A stretch of DNA of 64,000 bases from Candidatus Latescibacterota bacterium (lineage in GTDB: Bacteria; Latescibacterota; UBA2968; GCA-2709665). The DNA lies in contig OZ220733.1 in the NCBI GenBank assembly GCA_965116875.1, positions 1,568,001 through 1,632,000 on the forward strand, written 5' to 3'. Below the pieces are notes generated by a model that was not told the DNA's origin, did no database searches, and saw only the letters and a list, made by a program, of their open reading frames with translations. Position numbers and translations under genes: made by a program. Numbering within the stretch: position 1 is the first letter of the stretch; each line of letters starts with the position of its first letter. Below, piece by piece: positions 29,420 to 39,116 of the stretch.

Positions 29420-30450
29420 AAGGCAGCTATCAGCTATCAGCCGTCAGCTAAAGACAAAGATCAAAAGCAACCCCCTCCGCCCAGCCACGCCGACCTCTCT
29501 CCCCGGCCCTCTCTCCTAAAGGAAAGAGGGGGAATAACAAAGATTACGCGACATGATCCACCCATGTTCGGAGCGAGGGCATCCTGCCCTCGGATAGCAG
29601 GTAATCCATCGACTCTCGCATCAAGTGCCCATTGCTTCTCTTCCATCCGAAATCACATCTCAATTAACGGCGCCAAGGCATCGCGAAGCGGCCTTCGAGG
29701 GCAGGATGCCCTCGCTCCAGGCGAACCTTCCCCCCGGCCCTCTCACAAGAATGCTATCAGCTATCAGCTCTCAGCCGACAGCTAAAAACAAAAGCAGCCA
29801 AAAGCGAAAGGCGAAGTCAAGAGCGACCCCTCCCTCCGCAGACCTCTCTCCCCGGCCCTCTCTCCTAAAGGAAAGAGGGGGAATAACAAAGATTACGCGA
29901 CATGAATCACCCATGTTCGGAGCGAGGGCATCCTGCCCTCGGATAGCAGGTAATCCATCGACTCTCGCATCAAGTGCCCATTGCTTCTCTTCCATCCGAA
30001 ATCACATCTCAATTAACGGCGCCAAGGCATCGCGAAGCGGCCTTCGAGGGCAGGATGCCCTCGCTCCAGGGGAACCTTCCCCCAGACCTCTCGGAGAAAG
30101 CTGTCAGCTCTCAGCCGTCAGCAGTCAGCTAAAGGCAAAGAGCGAAAAACCAAAGCCAGGATCAAAAACGAAAGGCAAGATCAAAGGCCCTTCCCTGCCC
30201 CGCAGACCTCTCTCCCCGGCCCTCTCTCCTAAAGGAAAGAGGGGGAAAGGCCAGGTTTCGCGTGCCGGTCATTGATAGACACTCCGATTCACAAGGAAAC
30301 GCCGCCGGTTTTCCGTTCTCCTCAGCAATCCGCTTCCATTCCATTGTTGCGAGAGTCCGATTGCAGAGGTGACAGACGTCAAAGTTACCGCTTCTTCTTC
30401 CTTTTTCCTTCTTCCTTTTTCCTTCTTCCTTTTCTCTCCCGTCTCCCCGT
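29420..30450 (+). repeat. Modular repeat mosaic containing a tandem duplication of about 310 bp (offset approximate)
   Basis: 29490-29745 is essentially identical to 29840-30095 (GACCT palindrome plus inverted REP pair); type-2 unit at 30206-30400. Confidence 0.9.
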
Positions 30451-30456
30451 TTTTTC

Positions 30457-30485
30457 GGAACCTTTGCCCCTGCTTCAAGGTCTAA
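30457..30485 (+). promoter_or_regulatory. Putative sigma-E (ECF)-type promoter upstream of degP
   Basis: GGAACCT-N16-GTCTAA matches the RpoE consensus GGAACTT-N16-GTCTAA; degP is a classic RpoE target. Confidence 0.6.
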
Positions 30486-30557
30486 ACACCCGTAAACCCG
30501 GGTGTCATCATCGAAACGTCGAGGCAATCAGGAACCAACGGAAAGGGGCACTTTCAG

Positions 30558-32021
30558 ATGTCGATTCAAACCATCCGCTTTCGTGGATTCGCGTTTCTCA
30601 TAGGCCTGCTCATCGCCGCCGGCGCGTTCGCCACGCCGGCATTCGCATCCGAAGACCAGGCCATCGAGCAGCTTCGGAACCTCAACAAGGCATTCACGAG
30701 CATTGCGGAGCGGGTTACGCCAACTGTAGTCACCATCAGCACCAGGGAGACCGTTACCCGCCGCGGCTGGTCCCGGCGAATGCCTGAATTCTACCATCCC
30801 TATTTCCGGCGGCCGCGAGGCGAGGAAAGACAGGAGGAACGCCCGGGACTCGGATCCGGCATTATCGTGACCGAGGACGGGTATATCCTGACCAACCATC
30901 ACGTGGCGGGGAGCGCGGACGAGATCACGGTGATCCTCAACAACAATGAAGAGTTCGAAGCCCGTCTGGTGGGCACCGACTCGCTCACGGACGTGGCGGT
31001 CATCAAGATCGATGCCGAGGGCCTCCTGGCCGCGCCTATCGGGAACTCCGACGAGGTCCAGATCGGGGAGTGGGTCATGGCCGTCGGCGCTCCTTTGGCC
31101 CTGCGGTCCACCGTCACCGCCGGCATCGTCAGCGCCCTGGGACGCAGCCTGGATGTCATCCGCGATCGGGACGGTTTCGCCGTCAATGACTTCATCCAGA
31201 CCGATGCCGCCATCAACCCCGGTAATTCCGGCGGCGCGCTGCTCAACCTCGAGGGCGAAGTCATCGGTGTAAACACGGCAATTGCAACGGACACCGGACG
31301 GTTTGTGGGCTACGGATTCGCCATTCCGATAAACCTTGCAAAGAAAATCATGGATGATATCGTCGCGCATGGCGGCGTCCGCCGGGGTTTTCTTGGCATT
31401 GGCCTCACGTCCGTCGACGCGGGTCTTGCGGACGCATTCGGCCTGGACCGCCCGCGAGGCGTATTCGTTTCCAGGGTATATGGAGACACCCCGGCGGATG
31501 TTGCAGGGCTCAAGGAAGGAGACATTATCCTGACAATCGATGGAGTAGAGGTCAACCGTTCGAACCACGTTCAAAGCCTGATTACGCGCAAGCGACCGGG
31601 GGAGTCCGTTGCGGTGAAAATACACCGGAAGGACAGGACGATCACCCTTCCGGTCAAACTGGGAGAAAAGCCGGAGCGGATCGGCGACGTTGCCTCGAAC
31701 AGGAGGACCCCCGGCCAATCCGAGCTTCATGGCCTCACCGTGAACAACATCACCCCTGAGATCGCTGAGAGATGGGGCATGGAACTCGGAGTGGACGGCA
31801 TTCTCGTCACGGACGTTGCCCAGGGAAGCCGCGCGGCGCGGGCCCGCTTCCAGCGGGGAGACATCATTTTCAAGATCCGCCAGGGGAACTTCGAACGGGA
31901 AGTGGCTACCGTAGCCGAATTCAAGGCTTCTCTGGCCAAACTCGAAAAGGGCCGCAACGCCGCCTTCTTCGTCCGGCGGGGAACGTATCATCTGTTCCTG
32001 ACCATGAAGATACCTGAATAG
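30558..32021 (+). CDS. degP: DegP/DegQ (HtrA, protease Do) periplasmic serine protease with two PDZ domains
   Basis: GLGSGII...ILTNHHV; TDVAVIK; FIQTDAAINPGNSGGAL; signal peptide. Confidence 0.95.
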   Translation: MSIQTIRFRGFAFLIGLLIAAGAFATPAFASEDQAIEQLRNLNKAFTSIAERVTPTVVTISTRETVTRRGWSRRMPEFYHPYFRRPRGEERQEERPGLGSGIIVTEDGYILTNHHVAGSADEITVILNNNEEFEARLVGTDSLTDVAVIKIDAEGLLAAPIGNSDEVQIGEWVMAVGAPLALRSTVTAGIVSALGRSLDVIRDRDGFAVNDFIQTDAAINPGNSGGALLNLEGEVIGVNTAIATDTGRFVGYGFAIPINLAKKIMDDIVAHGGVRRGFLGIGLTSVDAGLADAFGLDRPRGVFVSRVYGDTPADVAGLKEGDIILTIDGVEVNRSNHVQSLITRKRPGESVAVKIHRKDRTITLPVKLGEKPERIGDVASNRRTPGQSELHGLTVNNITPEIAERWGMELGVDGILVTDVAQGSRAARARFQRGDIIFKIRQGNFEREVATVAEFKASLAKLEKGRNAAFFVRRGTYHLFLTMKIPE

Positions 32022-32065
32022 AAAGGCGTAACACCGACGTTCGTGTTGCCACAACGATTCATACG

Positions 32066-32102
32066 AAGAAAGCCCGGCGGGAATACGCGCCGGGCTTTCT
32101 TC
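32066..32102 (+). terminator. Rho-independent terminator after degP
   Basis: GAAGAAAGCCCGGCG-loop-CGCCGGGCTTTCTTC. Confidence 0.85.
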
Positions 32103-32119
32103 GTTGGCTGTCAGACAAA

Positions 32120-33102
32120 GGCGGGTAGACGTAAGCCGGGAGAGGGGAGAGACCGCATGCCGTAAAGGGTTTCTTCTCACGCCGCAGGCAAATCGGAGGA
32201 ACAGATCGGCAAGGGCTTCTTCTCCCGTCTACCCTCTACCGTCTCCCCTCCTTTTGGCGACCTCTCTCCCCGGCCCTCTTGGAAAAAGCTATCAGCTATC
32301 AGCCTAAAGCGAAAGGCAGAGTCAAGAGCGACCCCTCCCCCCGCAGACCTCTCTCCCCGGCCCTCTCTCCTAAAGGAAAGAGGGTGAAAAACAAAGATTA
32401 CGCGACATGAATCACCTATGTCCGGAGCGAGGGCATCCTGCCCTCGAACTTCGAGCAACCGACGAGTTTGTATAACAAGGCCCTATTGCTTCCCTTCCCT
32501 CCGAAACCAGGTCTGAAATAACGGCGCCGGGACCTCGCGAATCAGCCGCCGAGGGCAGGATGCCCTCGCTCCAGGGGAACCTTTCCCCCCGGCCCTCTCG
32601 GAAAAAGCTGTCAGCTATCAGCATAAAGCGAAAGGCAGAGTCAAGAGCGACCCCTCCCCCCGCAGACCTCTCTCCCCGGCCCTCTCTCCTAAAGGAAAGA
32701 GGGTGAAAAACAAAGATTACGCGACATGATCCAACCATGTTCGGAGCGAGGGCATCCTGCCCTCGGATAGCAGGTGATCCATCGACTCTCGCATCAAGTG
32801 CCCACTGCTTCTCTTCCATCCGAAATCACATCTCAATTTACGGCGCCAAGGCATCGCGAAGCGGCCTTCGAGGGCAGGTAATCCATCGACTCTCGCATCA
32901 AGTGCCCATTGCTTCTCTTCCATCCGAAATCACATCTCAATTAACGGCGCCAAGGCATCGCGAAACGGCCTTCGAGGGCAGGTAATCCATCGACTCTCGC
33001 ATCAAGGGCCCATTGCTTCTCTTCCATCCGAAATCACATCTCAATTTACGGCGCCAAGGCATCGCGAAGCGGCCTTCGAGGGCAGGATGCCCTCGCTCCA
33101 GG
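32120..33102 (+). repeat. Modular repeat mosaic including three tandem 104-bp spacer copies inside a REP pair
   Basis: CAGGT(A/G)ATCCATCGACTCTCGCATCAAG at 32771, 32875 and 32979. Confidence 0.9.
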
Positions 33103-33137
33103 TGGGATGTCCGTGGCCTCGCGAAGACTGCCCTTTT

Positions 33138-34892
33138 TTACGGGCCGGTTTTTATGATTTTGATAACGTAGGTCCTGGGAGCTTCCGTGGCGTGTATCAC
33201 CTTGAAGCGCTTGGGATAGGCTTTTATGGCCGGCATGATATACTTCAGTTTTTCTTTAAAAATCGGGATATTGTCCAGCAGGATGTAGTCGAACTTGCTC
33301 AGCGCCTGCAGGGCTTCGGCGGGGTCCTCCGCGCGGGGGTATCCATCGGCTTCCCGCCGGGACCAGAACCACACCAGCCCCGGCTTTCGCGTGGAGACCC
33401 GGCTCTGTGTAGGGATATTGTCCCGCATCCAGATGCTGGCCTCGTAGTACGTCTTCCAATATCGATGGTAGCCCGGTGTCATGCGCTGGTTCTTGATGAT
33501 ATGATAATCGACGAATAACGAAGGCAGCAGAAACACGCAGGCCAGCAAAGCTGGGACGTGTCTGGCCAATACCGGACGCCGGAAGGCCGCTTTGTGTTTC
33601 GCGTATGCCGGATTTCGACGAGACCGAGGTAGCGGATTGGCGGAACCCGGTACGCTGGTACAGATTTTTTCCGCACCACTGAAAATGTACAGGAACATCA
33701 GGGGAAGAATGGGAAGCATGTAGCGGGCGGGAGAGCCGGGTAGAACAAAAAGCGTCGCAAGGTATCCCATAAAAAACCAGTCGTGGACCTCCAGGCTACG
33801 CAGGAGAGACAGCGGCTTTCTGTTCGCGGGTGTTCTCCCGAATACAAACCCGATGCCGATCAGAATCAGAACAAGCCAGCCAACGGGGCGCCAATTGGAG
33901 GAAATCTGTAGATCGTTGATATAAAGCCTGGGCAACACCATGTATTCCATGTTCTTCAGATAATCCACTGGGTTTTTTTGGAAGAAGTAATAAAGGAAAT
34001 TCCGCCAGAAGGAACCCGCCTCCCCCTCCGGGATGTATATTCCCGCGGCGATCTGGTTGATCATTCCCAGGTAGCCCTGGGACTCGGGGAAGTTGACCTT
34101 CAGATACATTACCCACGGAAGAACCCAGACGGAGACGCAGGCGACGAGAAGCAGGGGTTTCTTGATCTCCTTGCGAAGTGCACAATAGATGGTCGCCGCA
34201 ATCACCAGGTAGATGGACGGCGATTTTACGTGATAGGCCCAGCCCGCGGCGCAGGCGGCGGCAATCAGCCATTTCCAGGAAATGCCCGGTTGCTTGATAT
34301 ACTGAACGATGGCCCAGAGAGCGAGCATTAGGAAAGCCGGAAATGGCATGTCCGCCGTAACAATGTTCGAATATTCCACCGCCAGCCAGAAAGCGCCCGA
34401 AATCAGCGCGATCAGTAGCGCACGGCCGTTATCGATGAACTCACGGAGAACCAGAAATGTGCAGAACGGAAAAAGAAAACCGGAGAGGGCGACGGTTGCC
34501 TTGAGCGCGGTTACACTGTCAGGAAAAAGGACCACGGCCGGAATCAGCATCGTCTTCACACCCAGGCCGTACTGGCTGTCCAGCACGCCTTCGCCAGCCG
34601 CCAGCCGCCTGGCGTCCCTGATGTACGCGATATTGTCGCCGATAATATCCACCCACGCATTGCAGGTCAGAAGGTACACGCCGCAAATGGCGAGTGAACC
34701 CGCGACGGAAGCGGCCAAATGTCGATGGTCGGTAAGCCGTCCAAATGCAGCCAGCGCGGCGATGCAGAGAATCACGATCATAAACACGATCGTCGGCGCT
34801 GCCGTGGCCGGATTGAGTCGGTGGTAATACTGATAGAGGAAGAGTACCAGGAGGCACGGCGGAAGTATTCGTCTGAAAACTCGGGCGTTCAT
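33138..34892 (-). CDS. Polytopic membrane GT-C (ArnT/PMT, GT39/83-like) glycosyltransferase
   Basis: Many TM segments; IGDNIAYI loop; SNIVTADMPF; ARYMLPILP; lower GC than its neighbours. Confidence 0.7.
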   Translation of the reverse strand: MNARVFRRILPPCLLVLFLYQYYHRLNPATAAPTIVFMIVILCIAALAAFGRLTDHRHLAASVAGSLAICGVYLLTCNAWVDIIGDNIAYIRDARRLAAGEGVLDSQYGLGVKTMLIPAVVLFPDSVTALKATVALSGFLFPFCTFLVLREFIDNGRALLIALISGAFWLAVEYSNIVTADMPFPAFLMLALWAIVQYIKQPGISWKWLIAAACAAGWAYHVKSPSIYLVIAATIYCALRKEIKKPLLLVACVSVWVLPWVMYLKVNFPESQGYLGMINQIAAGIYIPEGEAGSFWRNFLYYFFQKNPVDYLKNMEYMVLPRLYINDLQISSNWRPVGWLVLILIGIGFVFGRTPANRKPLSLLRSLEVHDWFFMGYLATLFVLPGSPARYMLPILPLMFLYIFSGAEKICTSVPGSANPLPRSRRNPAYAKHKAAFRRPVLARHVPALLACVFLLPSLFVDYHIIKNQRMTPGYHRYWKTYYEASIWMRDNIPTQSRVSTRKPGLVWFWSRREADGYPRAEDPAEALQALSKFDYILLDNIPIFKEKLKYIMPAIKAYPKRFKVIHATEAPRTYVIKIIKTGP

Positions 34893-35629
34893 TGTCTGGA
34901 ATAGCGGTATTTGAGGAGGGTCTTGATATTGATGAAGAAGTCGGTCCAGCGCACCTTCTTGCCGGCGCGCACGTCCCGCCCGGTGTACGTAATCGGGACG
35001 TCAACGATCCGGCAGCCACGTTTCAGGAGCTTGGCTGTGAGTTCGTGTTCCAGGTCGAAGCCGTCGCGTACCAGCGGGATCTCACGCACGGTATCGGTCC
35101 GATAGAGTTTGTACCCGGTGCAGAGATCCGTGATCCGGGAAAAAAAGAGGAGATTGGTAAACCAGGTGAGCAGTTTGTTGGCGATGAAGTTCGGCAGCAT
35201 CATGCCTTCGATCCGGCCGAGAAAACGCGAACCGAACACCGCGACGATGGATGGGTCTCTCAGAAAGGGGGCGATCAGCTCGGGGTAGTCTTCAGGCGCG
35301 TATTCCAGGTCGGCATCCTGAATGAGGACCCAGTCTCCGGTCGCATGCGCAAGGGCCGTTCTCACGGCCGCGCCTTTTCCCCTGTTCCGGGGATGGCGGA
35401 CAACCCGGATACCGGGATCGTCCAGGTTATCGAGAATGGCGCCGGTCCCGTCGGTGGATCCGTCATCCACCACGATGATCTCCCTGCCAACGCCTTCCTG
35501 GACCGGTACGGCCCTGACGCGGTCGATCACGGCGCCGAGCGTTTTCGCCTCGTTGTAGACGGGAATCATGATGGACAGCAGGTGTATCCGCGAGCCAATC
35601 TCAGGACCCGTGTTCCCGCGGCGCTTCAC
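34889..35629 (-). CDS. GT2 glycosyltransferase (polyprenol-phosphate sugar synthase, DPM1-like)
   Basis: LSIMIPVYNE, IIVVDDGSTDGT, NRGKGAAV, IQDADLEY, VFGSRF; GTG start overlapping the upstream TGA. Confidence 0.9.
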   Translation of the reverse strand: MKRRGNTGPEIGSRIHLLSIMIPVYNEAKTLGAVIDRVRAVPVQEGVGREIIVVDDGSTDGTGAILDNLDDPGIRVVRHPRNRGKGAAVRTALAHATGDWVLIQDADLEYAPEDYPELIAPFLRDPSIVAVFGSRFLGRIEGMMLPNFIANKLLTWFTNLLFFSRITDLCTGYKLYRTDTVREIPLVRDGFDLEHELTAKLLKRGCRIVDVPITYTGRDVRAGKKVRWTDFFINIKTLLKYRYSRQ

Positions 35630-36711
35630 AGCCCAACCTGCCTGACGTCGAGGCCGGCGGCATCCACCGTCGCGGGGAGGATCCGCGCCATGGGGACCGC
35701 GGACAATACATCGCGCCAGGCGGCCGAGAATTCCGGCACGAGTTCGGATTGCGGCGCAAGCGCCCAGACGCATCCGCCGTTACCGCTGCCCGCGGTGGCG
35801 AATCCCGCTCCGAATTCCGCGCAGACGTCCTGGAGCTTTTCTCCGAGCACGGTCATCCGGGCCGGCACGATCGCGCAGCGAATCGCGGTTTCCTCGTCCA
35901 TCAACTCGCCCGCCGTCTCCCAGTCGGCCCGTTTCAGCGCCCCGGCGAATTCCGCGGCGATTTCATTGACCCGGAACCACCGGCCGCGATGCCGGCCCGA
36001 CAGAAAGTCCTCTACCTGCCGGCTGTTGACGTCGTTGGAATCGTGCGGTTTGCCAATATAGGCGATCAGCAGACGGTCGCCCAGGGCGCTATGCTGATCC
36101 CGGGAGAGAATCGGCTCCCTGCGAAACTTTCCACCCGGGTTGCCGTAGGTCCAGCGCCAGGTATTGACGCCCCCGAACGCGGCGGCGCACTGGTCCTGCA
36201 GGCCGGTATAGGAGAACCGGAGGCCGTCTTCGATATTGTAGACGATCTCCACGATTTCCTCCGGCGAAAGACGCTCGCCTCCAACCCGTTCTCTGGCGCA
36301 GGCGAGAGACCCGGCCAGGGCCACGGAGAGCGTGCCGGACCCGCCCACGCCGCTGCGGGGCGGGCAGCCGTACGAGATCTCGATTTCAACGCCGCCCAGC
36401 GCGAAATGAGCCGCAATCGCGAACAGAAGTCCGAAATGGCCCGTCATGTCGGGCGCGTCCGCGGGAAATGTCTCGCGATGGAATTCGTCCAGAATCCGGA
36501 CGTAGCCCGGCTCGCAGGCCCTGAGGCGGATGCCGGTGCGCGCGGAAATGGCGATATTGGTTGTGGCGGGATTCAGGCTGGCGTAGGGCATCGCGAAACA
36601 CTTGAGGTCCCACGTGCCGCCAACGTCCAGCCGGCACGGCGCGGAGGATAGAATTTCGACCGTCTGTAAGTATTCGCTGAGATCGGTGAATGCTTTGTGC
36701 ATGGTTGTCAA
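35626..36711 (-). CDS. GHMP-family sugar kinase (HddA / heptose-7-phosphate kinase-like)
   Basis: SAPCRLDVGGTWD; PPRSGVGGSG; TGLQDQCAAAFGGVN; AGSGNGG. Confidence 0.8.
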   Translation of the reverse strand: MTTMHKAFTDLSEYLQTVEILSSAPCRLDVGGTWDLKCFAMPYASLNPATTNIAISARTGIRLRACEPGYVRILDEFHRETFPADAPDMTGHFGLLFAIAAHFALGGVEIEISYGCPPRSGVGGSGTLSVALAGSLACARERVGGERLSPEEIVEIVYNIEDGLRFSYTGLQDQCAAAFGGVNTWRWTYGNPGGKFRREPILSRDQHSALGDRLLIAYIGKPHDSNDVNSRQVEDFLSGRHRGRWFRVNEIAAEFAGALKRADWETAGELMDEETAIRCAIVPARMTVLGEKLQDVCAEFGAGFATAGSGNGGCVWALAPQSELVPEFSAAWRDVLSAVPMARILPATVDAAGLDVRQVGL

Positions 36712-36729
36712 CGTCTCTATGGGTTTTAT

Positions 36730-37125
36730 GAGGGCGACCCCTCCCCCCGCAGACCTCTCTCCCCTGCCCTCTCAGACAAAGCTGTCAGCTATCAGCTCTC
36801 AGCCGTCAGCCAAAAGCGTAAGGCAAAATCAAAAGCAACCCCTGCTCCCAGCCCCGCAGACCTCTCTCCCCGGCCCTCTCTCCTAAAGGAAAGAGGGTGA
36901 AAAACAAAGATTACGCGACATGATCCACCCATGTTCGGAGCGAGTGCATCCTGCCCTCGCTCCGCGGCGTAGGTCCAGGAAGTGGGGAGACGGTAGAGGG
37001 TAGAGATCGCATGCCGTAAAGGGTTTCTTCTCATGCCGCAGGCGAGTCGGAGGAACAATTCGGCGAGGGCTTCTTCTCCCGTCTACCGGCTCCCGTCTCC
37101 CCGCTTTTCTTCCTTCTTCCTTTTT
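36730..37125. repeat. Modular repeat mosaic between xerD and the GHMP kinase
   Basis: Two GACCT palindromes, TCAGC 7-mers, REP, GAGACG/CCGTCTC element. Confidence 0.85.
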
Positions 37126-37127
37126 CC

Positions 37128-38066
37128 TCATGCCCTTGGATGGAAGGTGCGGTGGACTTCCTTCAGGTATTCGCGGTCCACGTGGGTGTAGATCTGCGTT
37201 GTTGAAATGTCCACGTGCCCCAGCATTTCCTGCACGGCCCTGAGGTCGGCGCCGCCCTCCAGCAAATGGGTTGCGAACGAGTGGCGCATCGTGTGCGGAC
37301 TGACCGGTTTTTGGATACCGGCGTTCTGAACGCAGCGCCTCAATATCTTCCACACGCCCATCCGCGACATGGGCCCGCCGCGGAAATTCAGGAAAACCGT
37401 ATTCCCGGACGCCGGACCGTTCAATTCCTCACGTGCGCCTGTCAGATAGCGATTGACCCACGCCACGCCTTCCGTTCCGATGGGTACGATCCGCTCCCGG
37501 CTGCCCTTGCCGAGCACGCGCACCACCTCCAGGTCGAACAGGAGATGCATCCGTTCCAGGCCGATCAGTTCCGAAACCCGGAGACCCGCCCCGTACAACA
37601 TCTCGAGCAGCGCACGGTCCCGGAGACCCAGCGTCGTCTCCACGTCCGGCTCCATCATCAGACGTTCCACTTCGTATATGTTCAGGACGGCTGGCAGTTT
37701 CCGGCCCAGTTTGGGCGACTTCATATGCTCGGTGGGGTCGTTTTCGATCAACCCCTCCGCCTGCAGGTACCGATGAAACATCCGGACGGCGGTGAGGTTT
37801 CGCGCCACGCTGGACGCTTCCAGGCCGAGTTCCCCCAGCACCCTCAAAAGCGAGGATACGTCCGCCTGCGACACGCGGACCGGCGTTGTTACGCCCCGCG
37901 CCTCCAGCACGGTGGCGTACCGTTCCAGGTCCCGGCCATAGGCCAAAACCGTATTTTCGGCCAGACCCTGCTCCAGGTGCACGTAATCCATGAATCCGCG
38001 CAGCGCATTGCGCCACTCCGCGGTCAGGCCCTGTTCGCCCGCATCGCTATCGGTCACAACCGCCAT
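37128..38066 (-). CDS. xerD: Site-specific tyrosine recombinase XerD
   Basis: GLAENTVLAYGRDL; LGLRDRALLEMLYGAGLRVSEL; SPHTMRHSFATHLLEGGADLRAVQEMLGH.DISTTQIYTHV...LKEVHRTFHPRA. Confidence 0.95.
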   Translation of the reverse strand: MAVVTDSDAGEQGLTAEWRNALRGFMDYVHLEQGLAENTVLAYGRDLERYATVLEARGVTTPVRVSQADVSSLLRVLGELGLEASSVARNLTAVRMFHRYLQAEGLIENDPTEHMKSPKLGRKLPAVLNIYEVERLMMEPDVETTLGLRDRALLEMLYGAGLRVSELIGLERMHLLFDLEVVRVLGKGSRERIVPIGTEGVAWVNRYLTGAREELNGPASGNTVFLNFRGGPMSRMGVWKILRRCVQNAGIQKPVSPHTMRHSFATHLLEGGADLRAVQEMLGHVDISTTQIYTHVDREYLKEVHRTFHPRA

Positions 38067-38083
38067 TCCCGCGTTCTCCCGCG

Positions 38084-38596
38084 TCACCCGTTTCCCTCCA
38101 ACGCCAGCAGGGCGGCTTTCCACTCGCCGCCGTAGGCAAAACCCGTCAACGCCCCGGAAGCCCCAACAACCCTGTGGCATGGCACCACGATCACAACCGG
38201 GTTCTTCCCGAGCGCGGCGCCCACCGCACGGGCGGCTCTCGGGCGTCCAACGGCGTTCGCAACGTCGCCGTATGACCGCCGGCCGCCGTACGGGATCTCC
38301 CGCGTCGCCCGCCAGACCATCCCCTGAAAAGCCGTATAGCCGGAGAGGTCCGGGAGATCGTGAAACCGTATTGGCTCGCCGGAAAAATAACCGGACAGAG
38401 CGTCGATGAGGCGCTGCCCCGCCGGATCCGGGGGATTGCCCTCCACCAGCGCGGGTCGGGCGATATCGACCTGCCCGAAGCGCCCCAGCCGGACAGACGC
38501 CAGACGGGATCCCGCCCAGGCGACCTCGACCCGGCCCAGGGCCGTCTGAAGGAGGGCGGACGTCGTTGATGACGTCGCGACGATTCCATTCTTCAT
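38084..38596 (-). CDS. ogt: Methylated-DNA--protein-cysteine methyltransferase
   Basis: TAFQ..VW....IPYG..SYG; RAVG.ALGKNP..IVVPCHRV. Confidence 0.93.
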   Translation of the reverse strand: MKNGIVATSSTTSALLQTALGRVEVAWAGSRLASVRLGRFGQVDIARPALVEGNPPDPAGQRLIDALSGYFSGEPIRFHDLPDLSGYTAFQGMVWRATREIPYGGRRSYGDVANAVGRPRAARAVGAALGKNPVVIVVPCHRVVGASGALTGFAYGGEWKAALLALEGNG

Positions 38597-38634
38597 TACG
38601 TTCTCCACGTTAATGGGCCGCGCTCTCGGCCCTT

Positions 38635-39116
38635 AGATAAAGCTGTCAGCTATCAGCCGTTAGCCATCAGCCAAGATCAAAAGCGAAAGGCAAAGTCAAG
38701 AGCGACCCCTCCCCCCGCAGACCTCTCTCCCCGGCCCTCTCTCCCACCGGGAGAGAGGGAGGAAAGGCACACGTCGCGTGCCGGTCATTGATAGACACTC
38801 CGATTGAAAGGGTATCGCCATCCGGCACATCACAAAGCCTGTAAGTCAACCCATCAACGTCCCCCCTTCCTTCAGGAAGGGGGTTAGGGGGTAGGTCCGG
38901 GAAAGAGGGGGAAAGGCCTGGTTTCGCGTACCGGTTATTGATAGACATTCTGATTTTCAAGGAAACGCCACCGGTTTTTCGCTCTCCTCAGCAATCCGCT
39001 TCCATTCGATTCTTGCGAGAGTCCGATTGCAGAAGTGACAGACGTCAAAGTTACCGCTACTTCCTCCTTTTTCATTCTTCCTTCTTCCTTCAGAAAGGGG
39101 CCTAGGGGGTAGGTCT
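38635..39116 (+). repeat. Two REPIN-like units (type-1 and type-2 spacers) overlapping the uvrC stop
   Basis: GACCT palindrome at 38719; C-type palindromes at about 38862-38897 and 39085-39115. Confidence 0.85.

Noticed and set aside
37128-38066. Tyrosine recombinase as a prophage/ICE integrase
   Set aside because: The sequence is a typical chromosomal XerD among repair genes; no att sites or phage genes.
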